A DNA stretch of 64,000 bases, taken from NCBI GenBank assembly GCA_951406725.2, contig OX597837.1:46748001-46812000 (forward strand), in the 5' to 3' direction. The translations under genes and the position numbers were made by a program. The stretch's first letter is position 1. Every line of letters starts with the position of its first letter. Below the pieces are notes generated by a model. That model saw only the letters and a program-made list of their open reading frames with translations, had not been told where the DNA came from and made no database searches. This DNA comes from Octopus vulgaris. Its lineage: Eukaryota. Positions 25,501 to 37,023 of this stretch are shown here, one piece after another.

Positions 25501-28500
25501 AAATGAAACTGAGAGATCTGAGAAATGAAATATACAAACTATAATAATAATAATAATAATCTTTTCTATTACAGGCACAAGGCCTGAAATCTTGGAGGGG
25601 AAGGAGCTACTTAATTACATCAAACCTAGGGCTTACCTGGTTCTTATTTCATCAACCCCAAAAGAACGAAAGGCAAAGTCAACCTCAGTGGAATTTGGGC
25701 CCAGAACATAGAGGTAGACCAAATGCCACTAAGCATTTTGTCTGGTATACTAATGATTCTGCTAGGCTGATCGGAACCAATGGGTCCAAAGACTGTATCA
25801 AGCTCCAATATCTACTTTGGCCCTTCCTAACACCAACCACCTTAATGACAATAGTGGTTTTTAATACAGGTAGAAGGCCTGAAATTTTAATGGAAGGGGT
25901 TCAATGAAGTCTTTTTGGCTTTGATTGAAACATACTTCCATATGTTTTATAAAACCTACTTACTGGTACCAAATAAATGGATGGCTAAGTTTAGCAAGCA
26001 ATTCTTCAAGTCTTCTTCTATTAGGTTGATCACTTCCCTTCTGTGATAGGCTTGTTTGTCATCCAATCTTTCCCCTTCCTCAAAGAGACACTGGCTGCTG
26101 TCATTCTGAAACAACTGGAACAAACAAAAGAGGACACACAACGTTAAGGAAACACTGGAAAGAGATAGAAAAGTGATTGCATTCCAACACAAACACACAC
26201 ACACACTTCAGGTGTGTCTGCATCAACTACTTATATTGTTTAGCTTCAGGCCAACCCTCAAAGTGAGACTTGGAAGGGCAGTAAGAACAGGTAAAAATAC
26301 TAAATGTATTCCATCAAAGGTGAGTCAGAAAGACCCTAAAGGTCAACTGGTGGCACAGTGTCACACCTGAGAAGATTCTAAGAAGAGGAAGGTTATAAGT
26401 ACTGCAAGAGATTGTAGCAGAATGCCGATTCCACCTGGCTAGCAACATTCTCAGTCTAGCCAGTCAATGGCACTTGGAAACTACTTTGACTTGGACACAG
26501 CTGGTTAGCAAGCATAAAAAAGGAGCAGGTAAGATCCCTTGGTAGTCGACATTTCAAGACGACCTGAAGACAGTCAACATTACATGGAATGGACATGCAA
26601 GAGTAGCAACTGACCCGAGCCTGGTGGAGCAAACAGGTTGCATAATGTGCTGAGCAGCACAGGAGGACCTAAAATCTCTGAAGGGACATTCTACTTACCG
26701 TGTGTTGCGTAAAGAGTCGAACTCCTTCAACTTGATGAAACACTGGAAAATGAGTTTGGTCAATAGAATCACGGCGATAAACATCACCAATCACTAGAAA
26801 AGCATCCAATCCAGATCGTATAAGATCACATTGATGGGCCGATGTGTGGGCTCTGAGCATCAAGTTGGAATTAATATAGTAACTGTCACTGACTTTTCGA
26901 CTCACATGGTCAGCGGGAACCAAAAGACTGTCAAAATTTTGCCATGTGGTGACCACAGGACTAAGGTTGTCATAGACTGAAAATAGAGGGTTCCCTCGTG
27001 AGTTTCTAAAATAGTTGTATGTAAATGACTGTATTCTCTGACGAATTAAGTTAAGTGGGTGGTGCTTCTTGTTGTGAAGGTTCTCTCCAAGTTTTGAAAC
27101 TATACTTTCACTAATGTTAGTAACTGAGTCTCTGGGATAATGCTTATCCAAGACGGAAATGGATTTATTGTCTGTGTGTTGCTTACTGTTAAATACACAT
27201 GAACTTGTGAATCGTCGAGACAAAGAACATTTCGAACGCCAGCGAAATAAACATAGCGAATACCTGAAACGAGAAAAAGTTAATATTTTTGGAATTAAGC
27301 TTTTTAAAAACGGTTTCCAACACAAATTGTGTGTAATAAAATCAAGTAATATAGAATAAATAAAGATTTCAAATGTTAGCACAAGGCCAGCAATTTAGGG
27401 GGAAAGGGTAAGTGCTCAGCTGGTACTTATTTTATTGACTCTGAAAGGATAAAAGGAAGGTCAAGCTTAGTGAAATTTGAACTCAGAAGGTAGAGATGGA
27501 CGAAATACTGTTACGTCCAGTGTGCTAATGATTCTGCCAGCTCAACACCTTATAAGGAGTAAATAATAACTTCAAAGTTACAGTCACAAATTTGTGAGGA
27601 AGTAATCCATTAAATTAAGCCTTAGTACTTGCTGGTACTTATATTTTACTGAACCTGGAAGGATGAAGGTAAAAATTGACTTTGAAATCAGATGGTAAAA
27701 AACCAGAACAAATACTTATTTCTTTACTGCCCACAAGGGGCTAAACATAGATGGGACAAACAAGGACAGACAAAGGGATTAAGTCGATTACATCGACCCC
27801 AGTGTGTAACTGGTACATATTTAATCGACCCCGAAAGGATGAAAGGCAAAGTTGACCTCAGCGGAATTTGAACTCAGAACGTAACAGCAGACGAAATACT
27901 GCAAAGCATTTTGTCTGGCGTTCTGTCTCCCTTTATCTTTTGTCATAAATAGAAGATGGCATTTTGGATATAATGCTTTGTGGCGTTTGTCCAGCCTCCC
28001 TGTTTGGAGGGTGGGTTTTCTGCTAGTATAAATAATGTTAGAAGACATTCATATTACAGTGTGGTTTTCCTGAAGAACGATGATGGCATTGATAATGAAG
28101 ACAGAAAAGGTAAAATTAATTTAAGGGGGACCTGAACTCACTTGAAGTGGCATAACCCACCATTGCAGGTCATTTGGTGAACCTGCAGGCACTGGTGCCA
28201 CATAAATAACACCTATACTGCACTACACAGAAAAGCAGTGTTCCAGTGCCACCATGGAAAAAGTACCCAGTACACTCTGTACTGGTGTCCAACTATAGAA
28301 ATCAGGCTGAAACACCACGTTAGGAGCAGCCATGCTGGCATCACATAAAAAGCAAACTCATGCCTGCACTACACAGAAAAGCAGTGTTCCAGCACCATGG
28401 AAAAAGCAGCCAGTACACTCTGTGAAGTGGTTGGCGTTAGGAAGAGTGTCCAACTATCGAAACCAAGCTGAAACAGAAGACCGGGGTCTGGCACAGCCTT

Positions 28501-30344
28501 CTGGCTTGCAAGCTCCTGTCAAACCATCCAACCCATGCCAGCATGGAAAATAGATGTTAATCCTTTTGTTACCATATTTCTGTAAACATACGCTGCCATT
28601 GTGTCAATAAGTTTTTAATATAATAAAGAATTTAGTAAAATAGCTTTCTCATTATTAAGATGGCGTCTGGAACAAATTAGCATAAAATTTTGAAAGAAGA
28701 TTATAATTGAGACCACTTTAAAGCAATAAATTTACATCAAAGAACCTGGGACAGTCTCAGGCGGTTTAGTATGAAATGGGTCAAATAATAATGCTGCTGG
28801 TGCTGCTGCTGATGATTACTAAGATTCACATGAACTGGAAGAAAAGCTACAAGAAACCCGTCCAGCCTACATTTTATTAAGACTATTGTCTATGGCTTTA
28901 CACTGCACTCTCCATCACATAGTTGTTGATTGAATTGTCACAAACAAAGGTCTGCTCACAATTGAACCCATTGTATTGACATGTATGCCAGAGAGACCGA
29001 TAATGCGGCTCTGTGCTTTTAAGGAGTGATGTGAACCAACGTCGACATAACACAGGCGGGCCCCACTCGACTTGGTCTCCTCAGAACTTATAATATATAA
29101 GTATTTTTTATTGAAACTTTCTACAAAAAACTTTCAGGTAGTGTACATCAGGTTATAAAGTAAAAATAAACCCAACAACTAGGCGGAGGGCAATATTTCA
29201 CGGACCTCGACTTATCCTCGAACGTTTTAATGATGTAGATTACAATTTTACAATTATGCCGAAAAACAAACTTTTGGAGACTATTTCAGCCTTCCCTTCC
29301 GGAATTTGTTAAATGAGTATTTTTCAGAGAAACCGGTATAATTTGAAAACAAATATAATGAACAAATTCCAAAAGGGAAAAGGTGGAATAGTCCAAAGGG
29401 AAAGTTTTGTTTTTTCTTTTTATTCTTCGTAATTGTAATCTATATCATCATAATGTAAGAGGAAACAAAGTCGAAGCGTGTAAGTTATCCGAAACTCCGC
29501 TTATAAAAATCTGAAGAGATTTTAACAACAAATTTCAATTTAATCGTAATCCACACCATCTGAAACGTATTTGTAGAAAATTTCGTTAAAAAATATCCAT
29601 TTCTCAGAAGGTTATGAGCAAACGAAATGAATGGGGTCCACTTGCGTAGAGTCGACCTTGGCGGATTTTAACCGGAACGGAAAGGAGTTCTAAAGAAGAT
29701 TCTGCAAAGCATTTCGTCTTTCTGTCGTTGATTTCATCCTTCTGTTTTATGATAATAATAGTAATTATTATTATTGTTGTAATGGATTATTTCAGCGGTT
29801 CTCAACCAGGGGTCCGCAAAGGTAGTACTGACGGTCCGTGAACGAAATTCAAAATTTCATAGATTTATATATGTAAGGATAAGCATATTCAGAGGGTTCC
29901 GTGGGAAAACTCCTTTAAATAAAAGGGTTGGGAACCAGTGGATTATTTCTAACTGAGATCCAAGACCAAAATTTGAGAGGCAAATATAGAATTTTATTAT
30001 ACTGTCGCAAGTACTCGACTGGAATTCGAACCCCGTTTCGTGGTTCGCGACCTCAACAGCTCCTTTATAGCATCCAGTGGCCAGCGATCCCGAGTTGACA
30101 CTGGTTGGACGATATTAATAATTATTTATAAACAATTGCAGCGTGGAAGGTGTTTCTTAGCCATTTAAGAAACAAATAAGATCCGTTCGATCCACTTCGA
30201 CATTTAAATTTAATTTGTCAAAATATTTTCGTGGCTTTCAGACCGCGACCTGATCACTGACAAAACTCCGAGCTAAGTGCATCTCCCTAAAATATTGTAT
30301 TGTTCAAATAAGAGCAAAGCTTACCTATGCAGGACAACAACCAT
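22299..30344 (-). CDS. FARS2: Phenylalanine--tRNA ligase, mitochondrial; spliced CDS complement(join 22299-22583, 22981-23141, 24642-24773, 25964-26114, 26699-27263, 30325-30344), 437 aa
   Basis: Six exons join in frame (1314 nt) with GT-AG introns. Diagnostic motifs: [58 protein letters not shown] and a C-terminal anticodon-binding domain (NDISFWLP...[10 protein letters not shown]). Confidence 0.96.
22981..23141 (-). CDS. FARS2: FARS2 coding exon 5 (161 nt): [20 protein letters not shown]...PITYK
   Basis: Class II aaRS motif 3; gtttcag acceptor and gtaaac donor. Confidence 0.95.
24642..24773 (-). CDS. FARS2: FARS2 coding exon 4 (132 nt): [21 protein letters not shown]...ILHT
   Basis: FPFTHPS motif; tgtttag acceptor and gtaaaa donor; phases match both neighbours. 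Confidence 0.95.
25964..26114 (-). CDS. FARS2: FARS2 coding exon 3 (151 nt): [13 protein letters not shown]...HLFGT
   Basis: ttccag acceptor and gtaagt donor; resembles the FARS2 KQ..H...DLK..L...HLFG segment. An alternative in-frame AG lies 9 nt further in. Confidence 0.9.
26300..26670 (+). mobile_element. RTE-type LINE 3' relic, antisense in FARS2 intron 2
   Basis: Degenerate translation [19 protein letters not shown]...TLTWT...[18 protein letters not shown]...VATD resembles the RTE ORF C-terminus. Confidence 0.65.
26699..27263 (-). CDS. FARS2: FARS2 coding exon 2 (565 nt): presequence remainder plus catalytic core
   Basis: gtttcag acceptor and gtaagt donor; [19 protein letters not shown] and VYRRD motifs. 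Confidence 0.96.
29041..29656. mobile_element. Old fold-back/MITE element with long imperfect inverted arms
   Basis: Ends gtcgacataacacaggcgggcccc and ggggtccacttgcgtagagtcgac; complementarity continues well into the interior. Confidence 0.65.
29793..29940. mobile_element. hAT-type MITE
   Basis: TIRs cagcggttctcaacc and ggttgggaaccagtg; perfect 8-bp TSD gattattt (29785-29792, 29941-29948). Confidence 0.9.
30325..30344 (-). CDS. FARS2: FARS2 coding exon 1 (20 nt): MVVVLH(R)
   Basis: agcATGG start context and AG|gtaagc donor in phase 2, matching exon 2. Exon 2 has no in-frame ATG before the catalytic core. Confidence 0.75.
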
Positions 30345-30867
30345 GCTTTCGATTTACCAAACTAATCAGCGGACAATAAACACAAACAGTTCTCGAGTTA
30401 AATGTGAAAACGGCGGAGTCTTTGGGTCAGTGAACGACGGAACAGGTACTCAGAAGAACGATGCTCGGCTAATTAGTTTTAATTTAAGGCTGTTTATTTT
30501 ACCGTTTTTTTAATGAAGATTTTCGGTTTTATAATTTTTTTAATAATAACAAATGAATTGGGGATTTTGAGAAAAAAGAAATTGTTATTATTCCGAAATA
30601 AAAAAACAACCAGCCTCTCCTTAACTGGAATTTCTAATTTCGATATGGGACGAAGTGTATAATTACATTGATTAATAAACGACAATTGCCTAATTAGCTG
30701 TACTGATTGATTATCGTCTTCTTTGTCTTTTCTAGACAAGCTTTGTCAATGCTAGAGGTTAAACAGCTGCTTTTACCACGACCTTTCGGGTCTCACGACT
30801 GTATTGGAAGACATACACACACACGTGTGCGTGTATATATATATATGTATGTATATATACAAACACA

Positions 30868-30916
<49 letters not shown>

Positions 30917-31208
30917 GGGAAACCACTATGTGGACACCCTTTTGCTAGAAATAGGTTCGCTATGGGATCTATTTCTAGCAATTTTACTGAACCTTCAGTT
31001 TTTTTATATGCTAGACCACTGGTGTGAAATCGATGTTAATTAAATTTATATCTACTAATTTCTAACCCTCATTTTAAATTTATATATATATATATAGCAT
31101 TTATATATATATGATATAGTTATATAAACAGGCACCCCCACGCGCGCACGGCCCAGTCGCGTGGTGAGTACCAAAAGCATCCTCACTTCCTGTGGAAAGC
31201 AGAGCAGA
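30345..31208. promoter_or_regulatory. Putative bidirectional promoter and 5' UTRs between FARS2 and LYRM4
   Basis: Divergent start codons. CpG-rich patch at 31131-31165 (cacgcgcgcacggcccagtcgcg, loosely NRF1-like) and ETS/GABP-type CACTTCCTGT at 31184-31193; an (AT)n tract lies in the middle. Confidence 0.65.
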
Positions 31209-31291
31209 ATGTCTGCAACGAGGAATCGCGTTCTCACGTTGTACAAGAAAATGTTGAGGGAATCCCAAAAGTTTCAAACCTATAACTTTCG
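31209..31291 (+). CDS. LYRM4: LYRM4 exon 1 (83 nt coding)
   Basis: ATG at 31209; CG|gtaagt donor, phase 2. Confidence 0.93.
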
Positions 31292-34200
31292 GTAAGTGAA
31301 CATTCAATTAGTAGACAAACACATGACGCACTTACAGAAAATAATAATTAGGAAAACTTCTATTTTAGTTAATTAGTATTTGACCGTCCTAAGAACGAAA
31401 GCGTGGTTTGGTATCAACAGGGTGAGACTGTTTATTTTGATTTGAAAGTTACTCGAGTCTTTAATAAATATTTAATACCGAAGCTGTTTTTATTGTAATC
31501 TAATTGCCTTCGGTTATTAATTCCACTTTTAATTTATAATTATCAGAAATAAATTACTTCAATCGATGCAGCATCTGTTCTGCTCGAAATAGTTTACATG
31601 TGTTCTTACGTAATTACTTAATTAATTAGGTTTCTTGTTGATGTGGTTGTTTTAAGTAGGACCACGGTTATCTTGTACAGCTTTCATCTTACAAGACGAG
31701 GGGTTTGTGCTCTGAAGGGGATTTGACTACCAATTCTGTAAAGTGGGGTTAAAGCGTAGGGCCTCCTCGGAGAATCATTGGCACTTGGACCATTTATTTG
31801 ATGTAAATAAGTTTGTGTCATTTGCCCATTCTTAATTTATAAAACATCCAGTTTTTAAAATATCTGTTCTTGCGAAATTTTAATTTCTAACGAGAACCGG
31901 TTTATTTCTATCAGTTAATAATCATTTCTTTTGTTAAGACCAACATTAGAAGGGAAGGATCGATCGGAGTCCTGGCACTTAATGGATCGATCCCTGCATC
32001 CTGCACTATTTTTAACTCAGTTCAGGCGATGCTGGCCATCTCTAATAAATAACAAGGAGTTTTTACTGTGACATGAGGTCACACAGCCCCTCTTTCTCTC
32101 TGATTATCGAATACGTCCCAGCTTTGACTATCTTATCTTTAAAAAAATCTTTTACTTGTTTCAGTCATTGGGTTGTGGCCATGCAGGGGCACCTCTTTGA
32201 AACAGATCGACTCCCAGTACTTATTTTTAAAAATCAGATACGTATTTTATCGGCCTCTGTTATTGAATCTCTAAGTTGCTTGTACGTAAACAAACCAACA
32301 CCGTATGTCTAGCTGTGGAGAAACTCACACACACACACTCACACATGTATGTATTTGGTATATAATTAGAACAGTGATAATGTGACATTTAAGATATGAA
32401 TTCATGAAAACATATAAATTCCATTTATTCACATATTTTTAAGGAAACGAAAACTGATATTTCGACCAGCGCAAATGGAAACTAACTTGCTTTAACTTCT
32501 GCATCGTATCTTCAGAGGGTTAAAACAAACTGCTTTAAGATATCCCTTGTTCGTTCGTGATATCCCATTGTTCCTACCATTGTCAGATGGGTTTTTTTTT
32601 TTAATCTGCAGTATTCAAAATATCGAAGGGTACCCTTTGTATAGGATCAAACTGTCTGCTTTCGGTAATATAAATTATTAATGGAAATGAATTTCAAAGG
32701 CGTTTTCGAATTAACAGGTTACAATACCGAGGTACCTTGAATCTGGGGCACCTTAACTATCTACAAGGATTAAAAATAGAACATGCCAGCAAAGGTCATG
32801 ACCTAGATGCGGCCCGCCCACGAGAGTTCCGGACCCCAGTAATGCACTCATTTGCATACAGCCAGTCAGAGCTCACCTTGACCTTGTCAAGTTAACAAAT
32901 ACACTCTACCAAAATAAACTCAGGACAAAGAATGGTGGTGTCAAGTAATTAGATAGATTTGCATCTATATCTGTTATCAGATTTTGTTAGGGCCCCATAT
33001 GGACGGGGGGGGGGGATATGGGTAGAGAGTGATGGACTAGCAACCCTCTGCCCTTACTGTTTTAGAAAGTAAACAACAACAACAGGAAAAAATACTGAGA
33101 GGCAGCCATGGTTGGATCAAGAACAAGAACAACAAGCATTATCGAAAGAGAAAAGAAGCATGGTCATTCCTGACCCAAATGACCTTATCTTATCGCCCAT
33201 CACTTGTTGTGTGCTCATAAATTAGTTTGTTAGTTGAGCTCTGATTGGCTGTATGCAAATGAGTTCGTAACTGGGGCCTGGAACTCTCATTCAAATCAAT
33301 ATATGGAATTCTTACCCCTGCAGTTGTTATGTATCACAAACTCATGCACACAACTGCGTCATATTTGTTTATATGTATACACTCATAACGGTTTTGTGTA
33401 TATATATATATGTGTATGTATATGCATCATTTGATTTGATTTGATCTAGTTTCAGCTCATGAGCTGTGGCCATGCTGTGGCACTGCCATTTGATGTTGCT
33501 ACATAATTTTACTTCACTAATTCTTTTTAGAAATTGACATTTGGTGGATGAGGGAATTTCATGCCTCTGCCCCTCATCTGCACCTTCTGCTGTGAAATTG
33601 GTTCATCTGGGATACTTGACAGTAAGAGGTCCAGTTTCATTTTGATGACACCTACATCCACCCCATTCACTTTTTGTTTAGCCAATGTCCTTTCCCCAGG
33701 CCCCATCATAAGACCGACCGGTCGAGTATTGAGAGATGCAAATAACAAAAACTAGGTTATTTGTGCCAATAAGAGAGTTTCGTTGTGGCCCCTTAACCTG
33801 CTAAAAATAGCAACCAAATCACCACTTACTGAATTAGAAAGGAAGGACAAATTGAATGATGTGGTATTAGGCATATTGTGACTCAGGAAGGAGATGAAAT
33901 GGCCATGTAGGCGCAGGAGTGGCTGTGTGATAAGTAGCTTGCTAACCAACCACATGGTTCCGGTTTCAGTCCCACTGCGTGACATCTTGGGCAAGTGTCT
34001 TCTGCTATAGCCCCGGGCCGACCGATGCCTTGTGAGTGGATTTGGTAGACGGAAACTGAAAGAAGCCTGTCGTATATATGTATGTGTGTGTGTGTCTGTG
34101 TTTGTCCCCCTAGCATTGCTTGACAACTGATGCTGGTGTGTTTACGTCCCTGTCACTTAGCGGTTCGGCAAAAAGAGACCGATAGAATAAGTACTGGGCT

Positions 34201-36199
34201 TACAAAGAATAAGTCCCGGGGTCGATTTGCTCGACTAAAGGTGGTGCTCCAGCATGGCCGCAGTCAAATGACTGAAACAAGTAAAGAGTATTCGTTTATG
34301 GAATGCTTTTGGCTAAAGGTCTGTTCAGTTAATGCTGTCTTCGGTTGAACAGCAAATAGGTTCTCTCTTATTGCTTGTATTGTGCAGTGCTTTGTTCATC
34401 TGAATATTTAAATGTCAGAAATTGTAGCAGGTGTTACCTTTGTGTTTATGCTTGAATGAATCTGACACGGTTGTGAAAAAAGGACGATGAATTAAAAGTA
34501 TAATTTGTGACTGTCTTTTATCTTTTTTGCTTCTGTTTCCACAGAATGTATGCATTACGTAGAACTAAGGACGCTTTCCGAGAGAATATATCCGAAACGG
34601 AGACTTCAAAAGTAGAGAAACTCATAGAAAAAGCAGAAGCCAATCTGCAAGTCCTGCAAAGACAGGTTGGTGTTTGTTTGCATTTATGTTTCACCTGAGA
34701 ACAGGCAATACTTTGAGGAACCCTTCTACACCAGTGTCTCTCACCCTCTCAGTACCAGCTAACTTTTCTGCTCTGTTGTGTGCATTTGGTTGCTTTGCAT
34801 GCACAGGGTAGCACTGCTAGAATAACTAAGCCACAGTCCAGAGATTTGCTTGTAAGTGGAGTCTTAGAACTGGAAGTTGGTGCTGTTCATTTTAATAGTC
34901 AACAGTTTGGGAATATCTGAGTTGTAAGTCCAAAGTAGTTACGGTGGTGAGAGAAGATTATTCTGATAACTAGAGGGATGAGGTTAATCCTTTCATTACC
35001 AACCCGGCTGAAACCAGCTCTGGCTCTTTAGTACAAATTTCTTGTTTTCATAAGTTTTGAATTAATATCTTCCACCAAACCTTAGTCACACTTTATGTTC
35101 CTAACATCAGCTTAATGATAACGAAGTTATTTTTAAAAATTCTTTGTTATATCTAAAATAATTGAGAGAAACACAGAGCATCCCAAAATAAATACAGTAA
35201 TGAAAGGGTTAAAGGTGTACAGGGAAACAATATTCAAACTAAAAGAGTAGTTGTCTTTTCTGAGAGGGGAAGGGTTGAGGTCTTTCAGAGTCTGTTGATG
35301 ACTTGTGGAGCTTTCAACATGTCTTGGGAAGGTTTGAAGTAGTGGTTTAGGAATTTTTGATAGGAGCTCTAAGATTTTATCGAAGGATCCATTAATACTG
35401 GTGACCAGTTTAATTTTTCAATTTGATCCTGGTTTATGTGTTTTTATGGGATGATAGCAGGTGGAGAGTTTCTAGCAATGAAGTTAGGCTTAATCTTGTT
35501 CATGAGGAGAAGAGAGGTGCTTGTCTGGGGTGCCCTAGGCAAATGGGGTGACCAACATGTGTGGGGGTCTTTGGTTGGAGAATTTTATTGTTTAAATTTT
35601 GTTGTTAATCGTTAGTTTTCATTGTCTACATGTGTTTTTGTACAAATTCCACTGAAGCTAACTTTGTCTTCCATCCTTTCAGGATCGATGTAATCAACTT
35701 AACCCCTCCCCCAAAATTTCAGACCTTGTGCCTGTAGTAGGAAAGATTATTATTCATTAAAGACGATGATGAAGATGTTGTGAGCCAGCAGAGTCGTCGT
35801 TGCTCCAGACAAAAACTGCTGAGTGTCATTTCTGCCAGCTTTTTACATTCTCAGCTCAAATACTCCCGACTTTCACTTTCACTTTTATTCTTGTCGGGAA
35901 GATAAAATAAATATTTGTCGAGGATTGGGGTTGATGGAATTGATTTCCTCCTTCCTTCAAAATTGCTAAATTTTGTGCCAAAATTTGAAAGCATTATTGT
36001 TAGCATTCATTCCATTAAATCTGGATCCCTTGAGGGTTCATTCTATGCTTGGGTGTTTGTCCCTGCCCCTTTGTGTCCTGTCAAAATATAAATTTTATCA
36101 GATTTGAAAATTAAAAATTTTTTTAAAATCTCTTCTCAATTTCTCTTGCAGACTGCCATTAATCACCTGTTTAGTGAAGGCAAGCTCGTTATTGAATGA
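31209..36199 (+). CDS. LYRM4: LYR motif-containing protein 4 (ISD11); spliced CDS join(31209-31291, 34545-34665, 36152-36199), 83 aa
   Basis: Translation: MSATRNRVLTLYKKMLRESQKFQTYNFRMYALRRTKDAFRENISETETSKVEKLIEKAEANLQVLQRQTAINHLFSEGKLVIE*. It has the LY(K) motif, YNFR.YA.RR..DAFREN and KLVIE typical of ISD11. Exons 1 and 3 are absent from the ORF track. Confidence 0.95.
32822..33288. mobile_element. Non-autonomous element with TIRs of about 54 bp in LYRM4 intron 1
   Basis: 32822-32875 and 33235-33288 are imperfect reverse complements. Confidence 0.65.
33431..33680 (-). mobile_element. CR1/L2-type LINE 3' fragment
   Basis: GVDVGVIKMKLDLLLSSIPDEP-like ORF2 end followed by a short repeat tail. 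Confidence 0.6.
33908..34290 (+). mobile_element. Family-B SINE, full length
   Basis: tRNA-like head with A/B boxes; matches 13745-14165. Confidence 0.9.
34545..34665 (+). CDS. LYRM4: LYRM4 exon 2 (121 nt)
   Basis: Pyrimidine tract plus ccacag acceptor; CAG|gttggt donor. Confidence 0.94.
34984..35212. mobile_element. piggyBac-type MITE (second family)
   Basis: TTAAtcctttcattac...gtaatgaaagggTTAA; related copy near 28557-28782. Confidence 0.8.
35290..35480 (-). mobile_element. Penelope-like element reverse-transcriptase relic
   Basis: Translates STCYHPIKTHKPGSN*KIKLVTSINGSFDKILELLSKIPKPLLQTFPRHVESS, resembling the PLE RT K.HKP...RPIVS...GS segment. Confidence 0.6.
36152..36199 (+). CDS. LYRM4: LYRM4 exon 3 (TAINHLFSEGKLVIE*)
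   Basis: ttctcttgcag acceptor, phase 0, conserved KLVIE, TGA at 36197-36199. Confidence 0.9.
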   Translation, partial: TAINHLFSEGKLVIE

Positions 36200-36714
36200 A
36201 ACAGTCTGCAGAACTACATGACTGAATACGGCTCTGATGAGGATGAGGATGATGATGATATGTGATGCAAATGATGACTGCAAACAGCTGATGTGTTTAA
36301 GCCACTTCTGCCCACCACTCCAAACCATTTCATAATCTTGGTCTTTATCTTCTGCCTTCTGATGTTGCTTTGATTATGTCTGACGAAATAAGAATTAGGA
36401 AATGGATTTTGGGGTTCAGAGACGGGGGAAATGGCCAGGGTGCATCCTCAGAACTTTTTGTTTTGCTTCAACCTACCTCTTTTAAATGTTTTGGGTTTTA
36501 GACTTTTCCACAAATGTCCAACTGAATTAAAAATACTCTTTTGTTTCTACCTCCAAATTGGTTCATGTTAACATCTAACATCTAATATGATATATAGATA
36601 TATATATTGTGTATATATGTATATATATATATAATTAATCAATAAATTAATTAATAACTAATAATTTTGCCAAGTAGTCAGTATGTTAAAAATAACCATT
36701 TTAAGCAAACTAGT

Positions 36715-36990
36715 ACAAATATTCTATAATTATATACATGATTATAATCAGGGGTTAGGCTAATTGCTTCACCACACACTGATTTAGAAATAGGAGCTAA
36801 ATGCCTTTTCTACTACCATAAAAGATCTCCAAGACAGTAAACACACTTTTTACGTAAAAAAGTCTGTTTACTGTCTTGGAGATCTTTTATGGTAGTAGAA
36901 AAGGCATTTAGCTCCTATTTCTAAATCAGTGTGTGGTGAAGCAATTAGCCTAACCCCTGATTATAATCATGTATATAATTATAGAATATT

Positions 36991-36993
<3 letters not shown>
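36715..36993. repeat. Near-perfect 279-bp palindrome
   Basis: Centre tACGTa at 36852-36855; by eye, one mismatch and one 1-nt indel between the arms. Confidence 0.95.

Positions 36994-37023
<30 letters not shown>

Noticed and set aside
27264-27382. N-terminus of the 237-aa ORF as the FARS2 start
   Set aside because: Starts at a non-ATG codon in intronic sequence upstream of a good acceptor; the spliced ATG exon at 30344 fits better.
36262-36300. SECIS or C/D snoRNA (ATGATGA...AAA...CTGA) after the LYRM4 UGA
   Set aside because: Spacing is too short for either fold, and the UGA does not align with a conserved Cys as far as I know.
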